Shown: positions 20,203 through 29,141 of the stretch, in pieces
Numbering within the stretch: position 1 is the stretch's first letter
Layout: each line of letters starts with the position of its first letter
NCBI GenBank assembly: GCA_964531715.1
Contig: CAZHEE010000005.1
Location: forward strand, 21,365 to 85,364
DNA from: an uncultured Micavibrio sp.
GTDB lineage: Bacteria; Pseudomonadota; Alphaproteobacteria; Micavibrionales; UBA1664
DNA: 64,000 bases
Direction: 5' to 3'
Program-made: the position numbers and the translations under genes
Notes under the pieces: model-generated
The model's input: the letters and a program-made list of their open reading frames with translations, nothing else
What the model was told of the DNA's origin: nothing
Database searches by the model: none

Positions 20203-20696
20203 TTAATATATAAGAATAACAGATAAATTTTCAGCATGAGTTGTAACATTATAATTCCTATTAAAACATGATTATAAAAGAAATTTTAATTAACTAAGTG
20301 TAGGATTCATTAGGCTTATCAAGTAATGATTGCAGCTTTGAAGATATCGGCTCATCGGTGATAACACCCTGAAATTCCTTGCACCATCTGAGATGTGGAA
20401 ATGCGTTTCACTAAGTGTAGTAATTTACAGAGGTTAATATAATAATATCATTGTTCCGCCAACTAACAAAACGGCGGTGCTTATTGCTCCCATCGTCATA
20501 AGCTGGTGGTAGATCGTACCATAATGCCCTATGCCATAATCCAAAATATGGCGTTGATAAATTGAAGATTAACCGTGGTTTGTCCGCTCCCCTACGCCCC
20601 TCACGACCTGGAAGCCGAGGTTTCAAAAATACCCTTGTCTTATATGATATATCGTGTCTAATGTGAGCCTTTATAGTCATTTTGAACCCTTTCTTT

Positions 20697-22106
20697 TTAA
20701 AAAAATCTTATATTTGCAATCTCGCGACTGCGATATTTAGTAATGGCCACAGTTTTTTGCTCATTCAGCAAGGTTGCTGAATAAATAAGACCTTCGCCAG
20801 AGATGAGCCCACTGATACCATTGCCGGATAATCTTAAAACCGGTCGGCCTGTCTCCCGCGCGCGGAAGATAGCATGGTCAAAATGCTGATAAGGCCCTGC
20901 CGTTTCCCCGAACCAGGCATCATTCGTGATATTGAGAATGAGAGCATTATTATTAACCGCCCTGGCATAGCGCGAAAAAATAATCTCATAGCAAATTTGA
21001 GGGAGAATATTGAAATTAAATGAAGGCAGATTAATTATGCGTGGTTTCTCACCCGTTTGAAAGCCGCTCACGCCCGTCAGAGTGCCTAGATTGAATGGCA
21101 TATATTCTCCAAACGGCACAAGATGATGCTTATTATAGATGTCTATAATCTCTCCGTTTGTATCAAGAATAGCCATCGCATTATAGAAGCCATCGGCATT
21201 CTGATAAAGATACCCCGTGATGAGAAGGCTTCCCTTGGGTAGCGTGTTTAAAAACTGATAAAACTGATTTTGGAGATCAGGGTAGCTCAATAAATTTTGA
21301 GAAATTGCCGTTTCAGGCCAGATGATGATATGAGACTCTCTACTTATTATAGCGTCTTCACTCATGGTTATATAGCGGTCAAGATTGCGATCAATATAAT
21401 CCGCATTCCATTTTTCGGTCTGCGGAATATTCGCCTGGACCATGATGATGTTATCGAGCGAGCCAAGGCTTTGAGTGTTTGTCTTTATCTCGAACGGAAA
21501 AAATAATAAGCAGAGTAGGGAGGCGTAAGTTACTCCTACAAAAATTTTTGTTTTTGCTTTCAAAGTCAAAATCAATGCAGGCAAGCAAAAGAGTATAATT
21601 GTTAAACTGTTCAAGCCGTAAAATCCGATATGGGGAAGAATGCTCATCATCAACTCGGTTTGAACCCAACCATGGGCGGGCATATTCCATGGGAAGCCTG
21701 TTAAAATATGCCCACGAAAAAAATCCGCAACACAAAGCATGATGATTATCAAAGGCAATTTGAATTTCTTATTCATAGCTGTCGGGGTAAGACATACCGC
21801 AGGAATAAGGCTTAACAGAAACGGCAATCCCGCGAATGAAAGCGGCAACGCCCACCACCATGTTTCAATCTCGACAAACAGGCTGGACGAAATCCAATAG
21901 AGACTGCTTAAAAAATAGCCAAAGAAAAAGACAAATCCGTATGTGAAGGCTTGTTTCCATGAATGTGATTGATAGATCACATAGGTCAGAATGCTATAGC
22001 CTATTGCCATCAACGGCCAAGCGTAAACAGGTGCCATGGCAAGCGCACTGAAACACCCTGAACAAAAAAGAAGCGTTCTAGGTGTTTTGAGAATTTGCTG
22101 CTTCAC
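20697..22106 (-). CDS. lnt: Apolipoprotein N-acyltransferase
   Basis: A multi-TM N-terminal half and a C-terminal CN-hydrolase domain (IIWPETA...ICYE...). It is the last gene of the miaB-phoH-ybeY-corC-lnt array. The start is uncertain because it overlaps corC by 29 nt. Confidence 0.85.
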   Translation of the reverse strand: MKQQILKTPRTLLFCSGCFSALAMAPVYAWPLMAIGYSILTYVIYQSHSWKQAFTYGFVFFFGYFLSSLYWISSSLFVEIETWWWALPLSFAGLPFLLSLIPAVCLTPTAMNKKFKLPLIIIMLCVADFFRGHILTGFPWNMPAHGWVQTELMMSILPHIGFYGLNSLTIILFCLPALILTLKAKTKIFVGVTYASLLCLLFFPFEIKTNTQSLGSLDNIIMVQANIPQTEKWNADYIDRNLDRYITMSEDAIISRESHIIIWPETAISQNLLSYPDLQNQFYQFLNTLPKGSLLITGYLYQNADGFYNAMAILDTNGEIIDIYNKHHLVPFGEYMPFNLGTLTGVSGFQTGEKPRIINLPSFNFNILPQICYEIIFSRYARAVNNNALILNITNDAWFGETAGPYQHFDHAIFRARETGRPVLRLSGNGISGLISGEGLIYSATLLNEQKTVAITKYRSREIANIRFF

Positions 22107-22950
22107 GCGCCTTGTCCAAATTACGAATTTTCAGGCGGTTGATACGACGCGGCCCTGCATCTAAAATTTCGAATTCCATACCATTCTCATGGGTGATGAT
22201 TTCGCCTCGGGCAGGGACGTAACCTGCAATCGAGAAAACTAAACCGCCGAGCGTGTCGGCCTCCTCATGGTCATCTTCAGTGAAAAATTTGCCGAATTTT
22301 TCTTCAAATTCTTCCAATTCAACACGGCCTTCACCAAGGATTGTGCCATCTTGCCGCTCAACCAAAATTGTATGGTTGGATGTGTCATATTCATCCTCAA
22401 TCTCTCCAATGATTGATTCGATAATATCACCGAGCGTGATCAGCCCGTCTATGCCGCCATATTCATCGACAATAAGAACCATATGCTTGCGCTTTTCCTT
22501 CATAAATAAAATCAAATCGGAGACAGGCATAGCGGGGGAGACAATTGGAATAGGGCGCACAAGGTCGGCAATCGCAATCGGTTTGCCTTTGGCAAGACTT
22601 GCAATCATATCCTTAATGTGAATTGTCCCAATAATATCGTCTAGATGCTCTTTATAAACCGGAAAGCGGCTATATTGATGCTCGGCGAGAAGTGACATTA
22701 ATTCTTCCTGTGTCGCTTTTGCCTCAAGCGCGATGATATCCGCACGCGGTACCATCACATCTTCGGCTGTTTTTTCCTGTAATTTCAGGATATTGGCAAT
22801 AAGAGTTTTTTCATGAGAATTATCAATTTTTAAGCCATTGGCATTGTCATTATTATTCTCGCCATGATCCTCGATAATTTCCTCAATCGCTTCTTTTAAT
22901 GATTGATTGTCATTGCGCGGTTTAAAGAGCTTTTTAATTAGTGTGTTCAT
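22078..22950 (-). CDS. corC: CBS-pair / CorC_HlyC domain protein (CorC/TlyC family)
   Basis: Tandem CBS region (DVMVPRADI...) and a C-terminal transporter-associated domain. It has the conserved position after ybeY. Confidence 0.85.
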   Translation of the reverse strand: MNTLIKKLFKPRNDNQSLKEAIEEIIEDHGENNNDNANGLKIDNSHEKTLIANILKLQEKTAEDVMVPRADIIALEAKATQEELMSLLAEHQYSRFPVYKEHLDDIIGTIHIKDMIASLAKGKPIAIADLVRPIPIVSPAMPVSDLILFMKEKRKHMVLIVDEYGGIDGLITLGDIIESIIGEIEDEYDTSNHTILVERQDGTILGEGRVELEEFEEKFGKFFTEDDHEEADTLGGLVFSIAGYVPARGEIITHENGMEFEILDAGPRRINRLKIRNLDKAREAANSQNT

Positions 22951-22965
22951 ATTTTTTGATTTAGA

Positions 22966-23433
22966 TTAGTTTTTTTCAATATAAGGATTTTTGATGCCCA
23001 TGTCCTGTAAAATTTTTATTTCCAATGACTCCATTTCTTCGGCTTCTTCATCTGTCTCATGATCATAATTTTTGAGGTGAAGCAAGCCATGCACTAAAAG
23101 GTGGATAAAATGGTGGATAAAGTCTTTATCCTCTTGTTCAGCTTCACGTTTTAACGTGTTGATAGATATAGCAATATCCCCGAGGGAGTCCTCATCTTCA
23201 TCACTTGGAAAAGACAGCACATTTGTCGGCTTTTCTATCCCGCGAAAATCATGATTGAGGTGTTGGATATGATTATCGTTAGTCAGAAGTATGCTTACAG
23301 AGTGAGAATGGAATTCAGAGCGATCAAGCACTTTTTTAACAGCGCCTTGTAAACCGTCAACCGCAAGCCAAGCCTCATCATCGATTGAAATCTCCGAACC
23401 TTGAATCTCAAAATAATACGGGTCGTCATTCAT
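22966..23433 (-). CDS. ybeY: rRNA maturation endoribonuclease YbeY
   Basis: Zn motif HGLLHLKNYDH; 155 aa. Confidence 0.9.
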   Translation of the reverse strand: MNDDPYYFEIQGSEISIDDEAWLAVDGLQGAVKKVLDRSEFHSHSVSILLTNDNHIQHLNHDFRGIEKPTNVLSFPSDEDEDSLGDIAISINTLKREAEQEDKDFIHHFIHLLVHGLLHLKNYDHETDEEAEEMESLEIKILQDMGIKNPYIEKN

Positions 23434-23716
23434 CGCTTTTGGGCCATAGCTTTGAGGTATGAATTACATTCAAAATATCCAGATATAGCGGGTCATCATA
23501 TGCATAAATAATAACATAGGATGTTCGGGATACGTAGAATTCTCTGGTGTTCTCCACCAAGCCTTCACGCCCTATTAAAGGAAATGATGATAATAAATCT
23601 GTAACATACGTTATGCGTGAGGTAATTTTTTTCGCTTCTAAAGGATTATCTAGCGCAATATAATCATGGATATCATATAAATCCTGTAGCGCATTTTCAG
23701 TAAATCTAACGTGCAT
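23426..23716 (-). CDS. parE: ParE/RelE-family type II toxin
   Basis: MHVRFTENALQDLYDIHDYIALDNPLEAKK...SYVIIYAYDDPLYLDILNVIH is the typical ParE pattern. The start is taken at the internal ATG (23716). The 3' end overlaps the ybeY start by 8 nt. Confidence 0.8.
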   Translation of the reverse strand: MHVRFTENALQDLYDIHDYIALDNPLEAKKITSRITYVTDLLSSFPLIGREGLVENTREFYVSRTSYVIIYAYDDPLYLDILNVIHTSKLWPKSDE

Positions 23717-23885
23717 TGAGGAGTGACTCGACATCTTTAACAGAGTGCAATCTCATTTCACCTTTCAATTTGAGGTCTAAGGTCTGCCGTACTTTATTCT
23801 CTTTCCACCTTATATAAGCCTCATCTTTAGACTCGTTTGGAAAGCGATTAATATTATTCTCAATTATTTCGGTGATTTTATTCAT
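23706..23885 (-). CDS. Putative ParD-type ('stability determinant') antitoxin, 59 aa
   Basis: Too short for the ORF track; translated by hand as MNKITEIIENNINRFPNESKDEAYIRWKENKVRQTLDLKLKGEMRLHSVKDVESLLNAR*. Its stop overlaps the toxin ATG by 11 nt. Confidence 0.65.
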   Translation of the reverse strand: MNKITEIIENNINRFPNESKDEAYIRWKENKVRQTLDLKLKGEMRLHSVKDVESLLNAR

Positions 23886-23923
23886 ATATAAAGTATATCA
23901 AATTTCTGAATGCCGAGACAAGA

Positions 23924-24886
23924 TTAATCATACTTCCGCAAGGCATTCGCCATGTCATAGGCTTGGACAATCTGGCTGACAAGTTTGTGCCGTACAACAT
24001 CACGATTTCCGAATGTTACCACCCCCATGCCTTCAATGCGTTTGAGTGTATCCAATGCGTCCCTTAATCCGCTTTTCGTTCCGCGGGGAAGGTCTGTTTG
24101 CGTTGGGTCACCCGTGACAATCATCTTTCCGTTTTCACCGATACGCGTCAGCACCATTTTCATTTGTTCTGGCGTTGTATTTTGAGCTTCATCCAGAATA
24201 ATCGCCGCATTTTTCAGCGTTCGACCGCGCAGAAAAGCCAACGGTGCAATCTCGATTGTATTTTTCTCCAAATATTTCTCAACCTTTTCAGGCGGTAACA
24301 TCTCATAAAGCGCATCATAAAGCGGGCGCAGATAGGGGTCGACTTTTTCCTTCATATCACCTGGCAAAAAGCCTAGCCGCTCCCCCGCCTCAACGGCAGG
24401 GCGTGAGAGAATAATGCGCTTTGTTTCCCCTTTTTCAAGCATCATTGCGGCATAGGCGACGGCAAGGAATGTCTTTCCAGTACCTGCAGGGCCAACCCCG
24501 AAAATCAGGTCGTTTTTACGCATGGAATCAATGAACGCCGATTGCATGAAAGTGCGCGCAGTAACGGTTGATTTTTGCGTGGCAATCGTCTCAGCCTTTT
24601 TATGGTCAATATGTTCCAGCTCGGTCTTGATATCATCAACCGAAATGTCCCCCTTTTTCGCGAGAGGAATGAGAGATTCCAGAACACCGCGCAGGTGATA
24701 TAGCCGGCTCATCTCCCCCTGAAGCATAAAGCCAAGCGGATCGTTTTGAATGCTCGCCTGAAATTCCTTTTCCAGATAGGTCAGGTTTTCATTATTAATC
24801 CCGCATAATGTGCGCTTAATCGCGACAGGGTCATCTTTGGATGAGAGGAGTGATGTGAGGTCAAACAGAGTTGAATTTTGTTTCAT
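23924..24886 (-). CDS. phoH: PhoH-like ATPase
   Basis: Walker A GPAGTGKT and Walker B ILDEAQN. The neighbourhood with ybeY and miaB is conserved. Confidence 0.9.
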   Translation of the reverse strand: MKQNSTLFDLTSLLSSKDDPVAIKRTLCGINNENLTYLEKEFQASIQNDPLGFMLQGEMSRLYHLRGVLESLIPLAKKGDISVDDIKTELEHIDHKKAETIATQKSTVTARTFMQSAFIDSMRKNDLIFGVGPAGTGKTFLAVAYAAMMLEKGETKRIILSRPAVEAGERLGFLPGDMKEKVDPYLRPLYDALYEMLPPEKVEKYLEKNTIEIAPLAFLRGRTLKNAAIILDEAQNTTPEQMKMVLTRIGENGKMIVTGDPTQTDLPRGTKSGLRDALDTLKRIEGMGVVTFGNRDVVRHKLVSQIVQAYDMANALRKYD

Positions 24887-25280
24887 ATATATAACATAGT
24901 GTAAATTGATAAGTTTAGAAATTAATTAATATTTGAAGAAGCATTTGATAAAAAATTATCTAAGAAGTTTAAATATTTTGGCGAGTGTCGTGTGTTTGGA
25001 TCGGTATTTATAAATTTTATTTCATCTCATAAGCATAGAAATTTAAACGCGAAGATCCAAAGCAACTGAAGTGGTTAAGAAATTTTTATATGCGTCATTG
25101 CATGCCTCCATGCGTGCGATCCAGTCATTTTTCAATCGCAGGGTTTAAAAGTAAGGGGAGTTTTTTTAAAGCCTCTATGTGATCAGTGGTTAAAACAAAA
25201 AAATTATTTTCATATTTTTTATTGACATTCACATATATATATTAAGTCTATCCTTATAAATGATAAGGAGATAGTTAATA

Positions 25281-26021
25281 ATGTCTAAAAGAAGAAATTT
25301 AAAAGTAAAAGAATTTTCTATATCTGATTTTTTTGGTCATAGAAGACAGTGTTTTGATACAATAAAAGAGTGTCAAACAATAGGAAAGATTTCAGTCAAT
25401 AGAGTAAATAAGGTTACTATTGGCTATATTATTCCTGCAAGTTGGATAGAAAGTTTCGAAGAAAATTTCCCTGAATTAAAAAAGTTTAGTAATAATGGCA
25501 CCGAACAGCAAAAAGAAAGCACTGTTGAAGGCTTTAAATCACTTCCTGATGATTCAATTACGTATACTACACATGGTAATAAGATTTTAGGCGCTATTTT
25601 ACCGGCATCAATGGAAGAAGAATTAAAAACCTTTGCTAGAGCTTATATTAATAGAGGTAAATCCCAAGAACCAGCAAAACCATCTGAAACAATAAAGTTG
25701 GACAATAATTCTGATGCGGTCGCCGCTTATGCTAATGCTGTCTATGCTATATTACAATTAGTCCAAGCTGGTAGAGTTGCATCATTATCTTTTAATGCTT
25801 TAAATGGTCAGGAGTTGGTTATTACGAGTGACCCTGATAAAATTAAAAAGAACAGAAAAGTAGTTGGATTAATTGTTGAAGATGAGCAAGCATTAGATAG
25901 CGCTATTGTTAAGGCTTTTGACAAAGCACATGATGGTACTGTTATGGAAATTGAAGTTGAGACGCTTGATGGGCAGGAACTAAGAAAGAGTGTTTGGGTT
26001 TTAACTCCAAGAAAGCCTTAG
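25281..26021 (+). CDS. Hypothetical protein, AT-rich ORFan; the N-terminus resembles Phd/YefM-type antitoxin folds
   Basis: There is a strong SD (taaggagatagttaataATG). The motif G.I(I/L)PAS..E occurs twice. I recognise no catalytic motif. It lies on the opposite strand inside the miaB-phoH interval. Confidence 0.6.
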   Translation: MSKRRNLKVKEFSISDFFGHRRQCFDTIKECQTIGKISVNRVNKVTIGYIIPASWIESFEENFPELKKFSNNGTEQQKESTVEGFKSLPDDSITYTTHGNKILGAILPASMEEELKTFARAYINRGKSQEPAKPSETIKLDNNSDAVAAYANAVYAILQLVQAGRVASLSFNALNGQELVITSDPDKIKKNRKVVGLIVEDEQALDSAIVKAFDKAHDGTVMEIEVETLDGQELRKSVWVLTPRKP

Positions 26022-26026
26022 TCGTA

Positions 26027-27385
26027 TTAAACAATTTCCTGCAAAACCAACTCACCCGTTAATGACTTGCCATTTGTGCCTGTAATCATAACAGTCTCAA
26101 TCTGCTTATTCAGGCGGGGGTTGCCTTTCACATGCACCGCCTGATTATACGGCGTTCGCCCGTGTAGCTGCCCTTCTTTTGGCGTGCCGTCAAACAGTAC
26201 GGGAAGGCTTTGCCCGATTGTCCGCTCATTAAAATCGCGCATTTGATTGGCTAAAAGAGCTTGCAAGCGTTGAAGCCTCTCATCTTTAACCTCTTCACGG
26301 ATAAGCCCGGCAAACGTTGCGGCAGGTGTTCCCGGCCTTTGCGAATATTTAAACGAATAGGCAGAGGAATATTGAATGCACTTCACCAAATCATAAGTAT
26401 CCTCAAAATCCTGATCGGTTTCACCAGGGAAGCCGACAATGAAATCACCGCTAATCGCTATATCAGGGCGGACTTTCCTGAATTTGTCAATTATCTCAAA
26501 ATAAAGCTCACGACCGTGTTTGCGGTTCATGGCCTTCAAAATCTTGTCAGAACCTGATTGCACAGGCAAATGCAGATAGGGCATAACTTTAGGGTGAGCA
26601 TGAACCTCAATCAAATCATCGCGCATATCGCGTGGATGAGAGGTGGTATAGCGTATCCGCTCAATCCCATTAATGTCCGCGGCAAGCATGATCAAATCGG
26701 CAAGCGATTGGCTCTCACCATTGGCGTTCAGCCCGTGAAAGGCATTCACATTTTGCCCGAGGAAGGAAATTTCGCGCACGCCTTGGTCGCGCAAGGCTTT
26801 GACCTCGTCAATCACCGCCTCAACACGGCGGGAATATTCCGCGCCGCGTGTGTATGGCACAACACAAAAAGTGCAGAATTTATCGCACCCTTCCTGAACC
26901 GCGAGGAAGGCGGTTGGCCCTGTCGCGAAGGTTTCCTCGGGCAGTTTGTCAAACTTGTCTTCTTCATCAAAATTGGTGTTTATAACACGATTTTTACCAT
27001 AAGCGCCTGTGGCTTCGGCAACCATTTCAGGCAGCTCGCCATAAGTTTGAGGGCCAAACACCATGTCAACAAAAGGTGCGCGCTCGGCAATAAAATCGCC
27101 TTCGGCTTGCGCCACGCATCCCGCAACCGCCATGATGACTTTACGGTTATCTTTATGGCCTTCTTCTTTGTGTTTTTTGAGGCGGCCAAGCTCGCTAAAG
27201 ACCTTGTCAGTGGCTTTCTCGCGAATATGGCAGGTATTGAGAATAATCATGTCCGCGCCGTCAGGATTCTCAACTTGGGTGTAGCCCATGGGCGCGAGCA
27301 CATCCGCCATCTTGCGACTGTCATAGACATTCATCTGGCAACCCCAGGTTTTGATATAGAGTTTCTTTGCATTCGGCATGGTCAT
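26027..27385 (-). CDS. miaB: tRNA-2-methylthio-N6-dimethylallyladenosine synthase MiaB
   Basis: N-terminal YIKTWGCQMN, the radical-SAM cluster motif CDKFCTFCVVP, and a TRAM C-terminus. Confidence 0.95.
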   Translation of the reverse strand: MTMPNAKKLYIKTWGCQMNVYDSRKMADVLAPMGYTQVENPDGADMIILNTCHIREKATDKVFSELGRLKKHKEEGHKDNRKVIMAVAGCVAQAEGDFIAERAPFVDMVFGPQTYGELPEMVAEATGAYGKNRVINTNFDEEDKFDKLPEETFATGPTAFLAVQEGCDKFCTFCVVPYTRGAEYSRRVEAVIDEVKALRDQGVREISFLGQNVNAFHGLNANGESQSLADLIMLAADINGIERIRYTTSHPRDMRDDLIEVHAHPKVMPYLHLPVQSGSDKILKAMNRKHGRELYFEIIDKFRKVRPDIAISGDFIVGFPGETDQDFEDTYDLVKCIQYSSAYSFKYSQRPGTPAATFAGLIREEVKDERLQRLQALLANQMRDFNERTIGQSLPVLFDGTPKEGQLHGRTPYNQAVHVKGNPRLNKQIETVMITGTNGKSLTGELVLQEIV

Positions 27386-27442
27386 GATGCAATGGTTATT
27401 TCATATATGGTGGTTTCGATGCAATAGTTTTTGAACAAACTT

Positions 27443-27524
27443 GTCATCTCGACCGAGTAACGCGAGCGGAGAGATCTTGTAAACATCAGATCCCTCGGCT
27501 TCACTTTGTTTCGCTCGGGATGAC
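27443..27524. repeat. Palindromic MITE-like element (gtcatc(t/c)cgaccgag...cgctcgggatgac family)
   Basis: Long imperfect hairpin with inverted termini and an inner gagagatc/gatccctc pair. A second copy lies at 50021-50095 and a half-copy at 30657-30676. Confidence 0.8.
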
Positions 27525-27644
27525 AAATTATGAAACGCAATGTTTAGCGAAGTTTTAATAAAAAAAATTCCGTTATCTCTGTAGTTAAAAATCACAGTCC
27601 CTACATCAAGTGTGGGATTGAAGTCATATAAGATACAGCATATA

Positions 27645-28598
27645 ATGGAAACCATGACAAAACCGACTTTATTGGCTCTCTGTGCCTTAGAAAATGATTT
27701 AATGGATAAGCTTGAAAACAATTTTGAGCTTATCAAACTCTATAAAGAAAATGACCCTGAGATTGTTCTCGGTAAAGTCAAAGACCACGTCAGGGGTATT
27801 ATCGCAACCATGCGCAACCCTGTTAGAGCCAACCTTATTAATGCTTGCCCTCGACTAGAGATTATATCTTTAAGTGCTGTCGGATATGATAATGTTGATT
27901 TAGAAGCGGCAAAAGAAAATAATATTATTATTACCAATACGCCCGAAGTTGTAACAAATGACACGGCAGATACAGCCATGGCTTTACTGCTCAATACGCT
28001 CAGGCGATATACGGAAGGTGATGCCTTTGTTCGAACAGGGCAATGGCGACACGGCAGTCGCAAGCCTATCGGTGTTACGCTGAAAGGTAAAAAGCTGGGC
28101 ATTTACGGTCTTGGGCGGATTGGTAAAGATATCGCAGGGAAATCTGAGGCTTTTGGAATGGATATAGCCTATTTCGGACGCAATAAACAGGATGTGCCTT
28201 ATCGCTACTATGATAATTTGGCCGATATGGCGAAAGAAGTAGATGTTCTGATGCTGGCTTGCCCTGGCGGTGAAGTCACAAAACATTCGGTCGATATGGA
28301 TATTTTACAAAGTTTAGGTAATGAGAGCTATCTTATCAATGTCGCGCGAGGGTCAGTTGTTAAAGAAACTGATTTAGTTAACGCGCTTGAAAATAATATC
28401 ATTGCAGGTGCAGGTTTAGATGTTTTTGAAGATGAGCCGAATGTCCCCGACGAGCTGAAAAAAATGGATAATGTTGTTTTATTCCCTCATTTGGGCGCGG
28501 CAACAAAAGAAACTTTCTATGAGATTGATGCGCTAGTCGTTGAAAATCTTCTGTTGCATTTTGAAGGCAAGCCTGTCAAAACACCCATTCAGTTCTAA
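27645..28598 (+). CDS. D-isomer-specific 2-hydroxyacid dehydrogenase (glyoxylate/hydroxypyruvate reductase-like)
   Basis: NAD-binding GIYGLGRIGKDIA and the catalytic-region motifs NVARG and PHLGAAT. The start is placed at ATG 27645. Confidence 0.85.
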   Translation: METMTKPTLLALCALENDLMDKLENNFELIKLYKENDPEIVLGKVKDHVRGIIATMRNPVRANLINACPRLEIISLSAVGYDNVDLEAAKENNIIITNTPEVVTNDTADTAMALLLNTLRRYTEGDAFVRTGQWRHGSRKPIGVTLKGKKLGIYGLGRIGKDIAGKSEAFGMDIAYFGRNKQDVPYRYYDNLADMAKEVDVLMLACPGGEVTKHSVDMDILQSLGNESYLINVARGSVVKETDLVNALENNIIAGAGLDVFEDEPNVPDELKKMDNVVLFPHLGAATKETFYEIDALVVENLLLHFEGKPVKTPIQF

Positions 28599-28618
28599 TT
28601 CTCAACGAAAAGTTTCAA

Positions 28619-29095
28619 ATGTATAAAGTTTTTCTGTCCTTTTTTATTATTTTATTGTCAGCACAAGCCGTGAAAGCGCAATGCTATTCCATGTCTGAAT
28701 TTGAGGCGGAGCAGGGGTTGCGTATTCACAGCGAGCTGATGGTGATTTCCTTAAATTGTCAGCATGTGCATCATGTGAACGGCAATCTTTACATGCAATA
28801 TAAGGATTTTACACGCAGGCATTCCAACCTGATTTCCGGTTATGAGCGAACATTGAAAAATTATTTTACGCGGACAGGTCGTGCTAATCCTGAGCTTGCT
28901 ATCAATGATCTTCGCACGAGTCTTGCCAATAAAATCTCAAATGATGCGGCGCAGATGAAGCCGAATGTCTTTTGTAAGGCCTATGGCAACCGTATTATTC
29001 AGGCTTTACAGATGGATCAATCAAAGCTCCGCCGTTGGGCATCCACACCGTTTCAAGGACACCCTGTATCAAGGCCGATTTGCGCTGCGGGATAA
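28619..29095 (+). CDS. Secreted hypothetical protein with four Cys
   Basis: The signal peptide ends AVKAQC. I recognise no domain. Confidence 0.55.
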   Translation: MYKVFLSFFIILLSAQAVKAQCYSMSEFEAEQGLRIHSELMVISLNCQHVHHVNGNLYMQYKDFTRRHSNLISGYERTLKNYFTRTGRANPELAINDLRTSLANKISNDAAQMKPNVFCKAYGNRIIQALQMDQSKLRRWASTPFQGHPVSRPICAAG

Positions 29096-29141
29096 ATCGG
29101 TTATGCTTAATCCTATCAATATAATCTGAGGGGATAGGATT

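Noticed and set aside
20586-20622. A GC-rich patch considered as part of SRP RNA or another housekeeping ncRNA
   Set aside because: It does not contain the conserved SRP domain IV motif or any other signature I can recognise. It is left as unexplained in the findings.
26558-27427. A 289-aa + strand ORF
   Set aside because: It is entirely antisense to miaB, whose radical-SAM motifs are unambiguous. The product is low-complexity with no motif, so it is a typical shadow ORF. The same reasoning applies to 26261..26557, 27063..27284 and 26980..27189.
27401-27736. A 111-aa minus-strand ORF
   Set aside because: It spans the family-1 palindromic repeat and the spacer between miaB and the dehydrogenase gene. 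The peptide (..SRAKQSEAEGSDVYKISPLALLGRDDK..) is simply the repeat translated.
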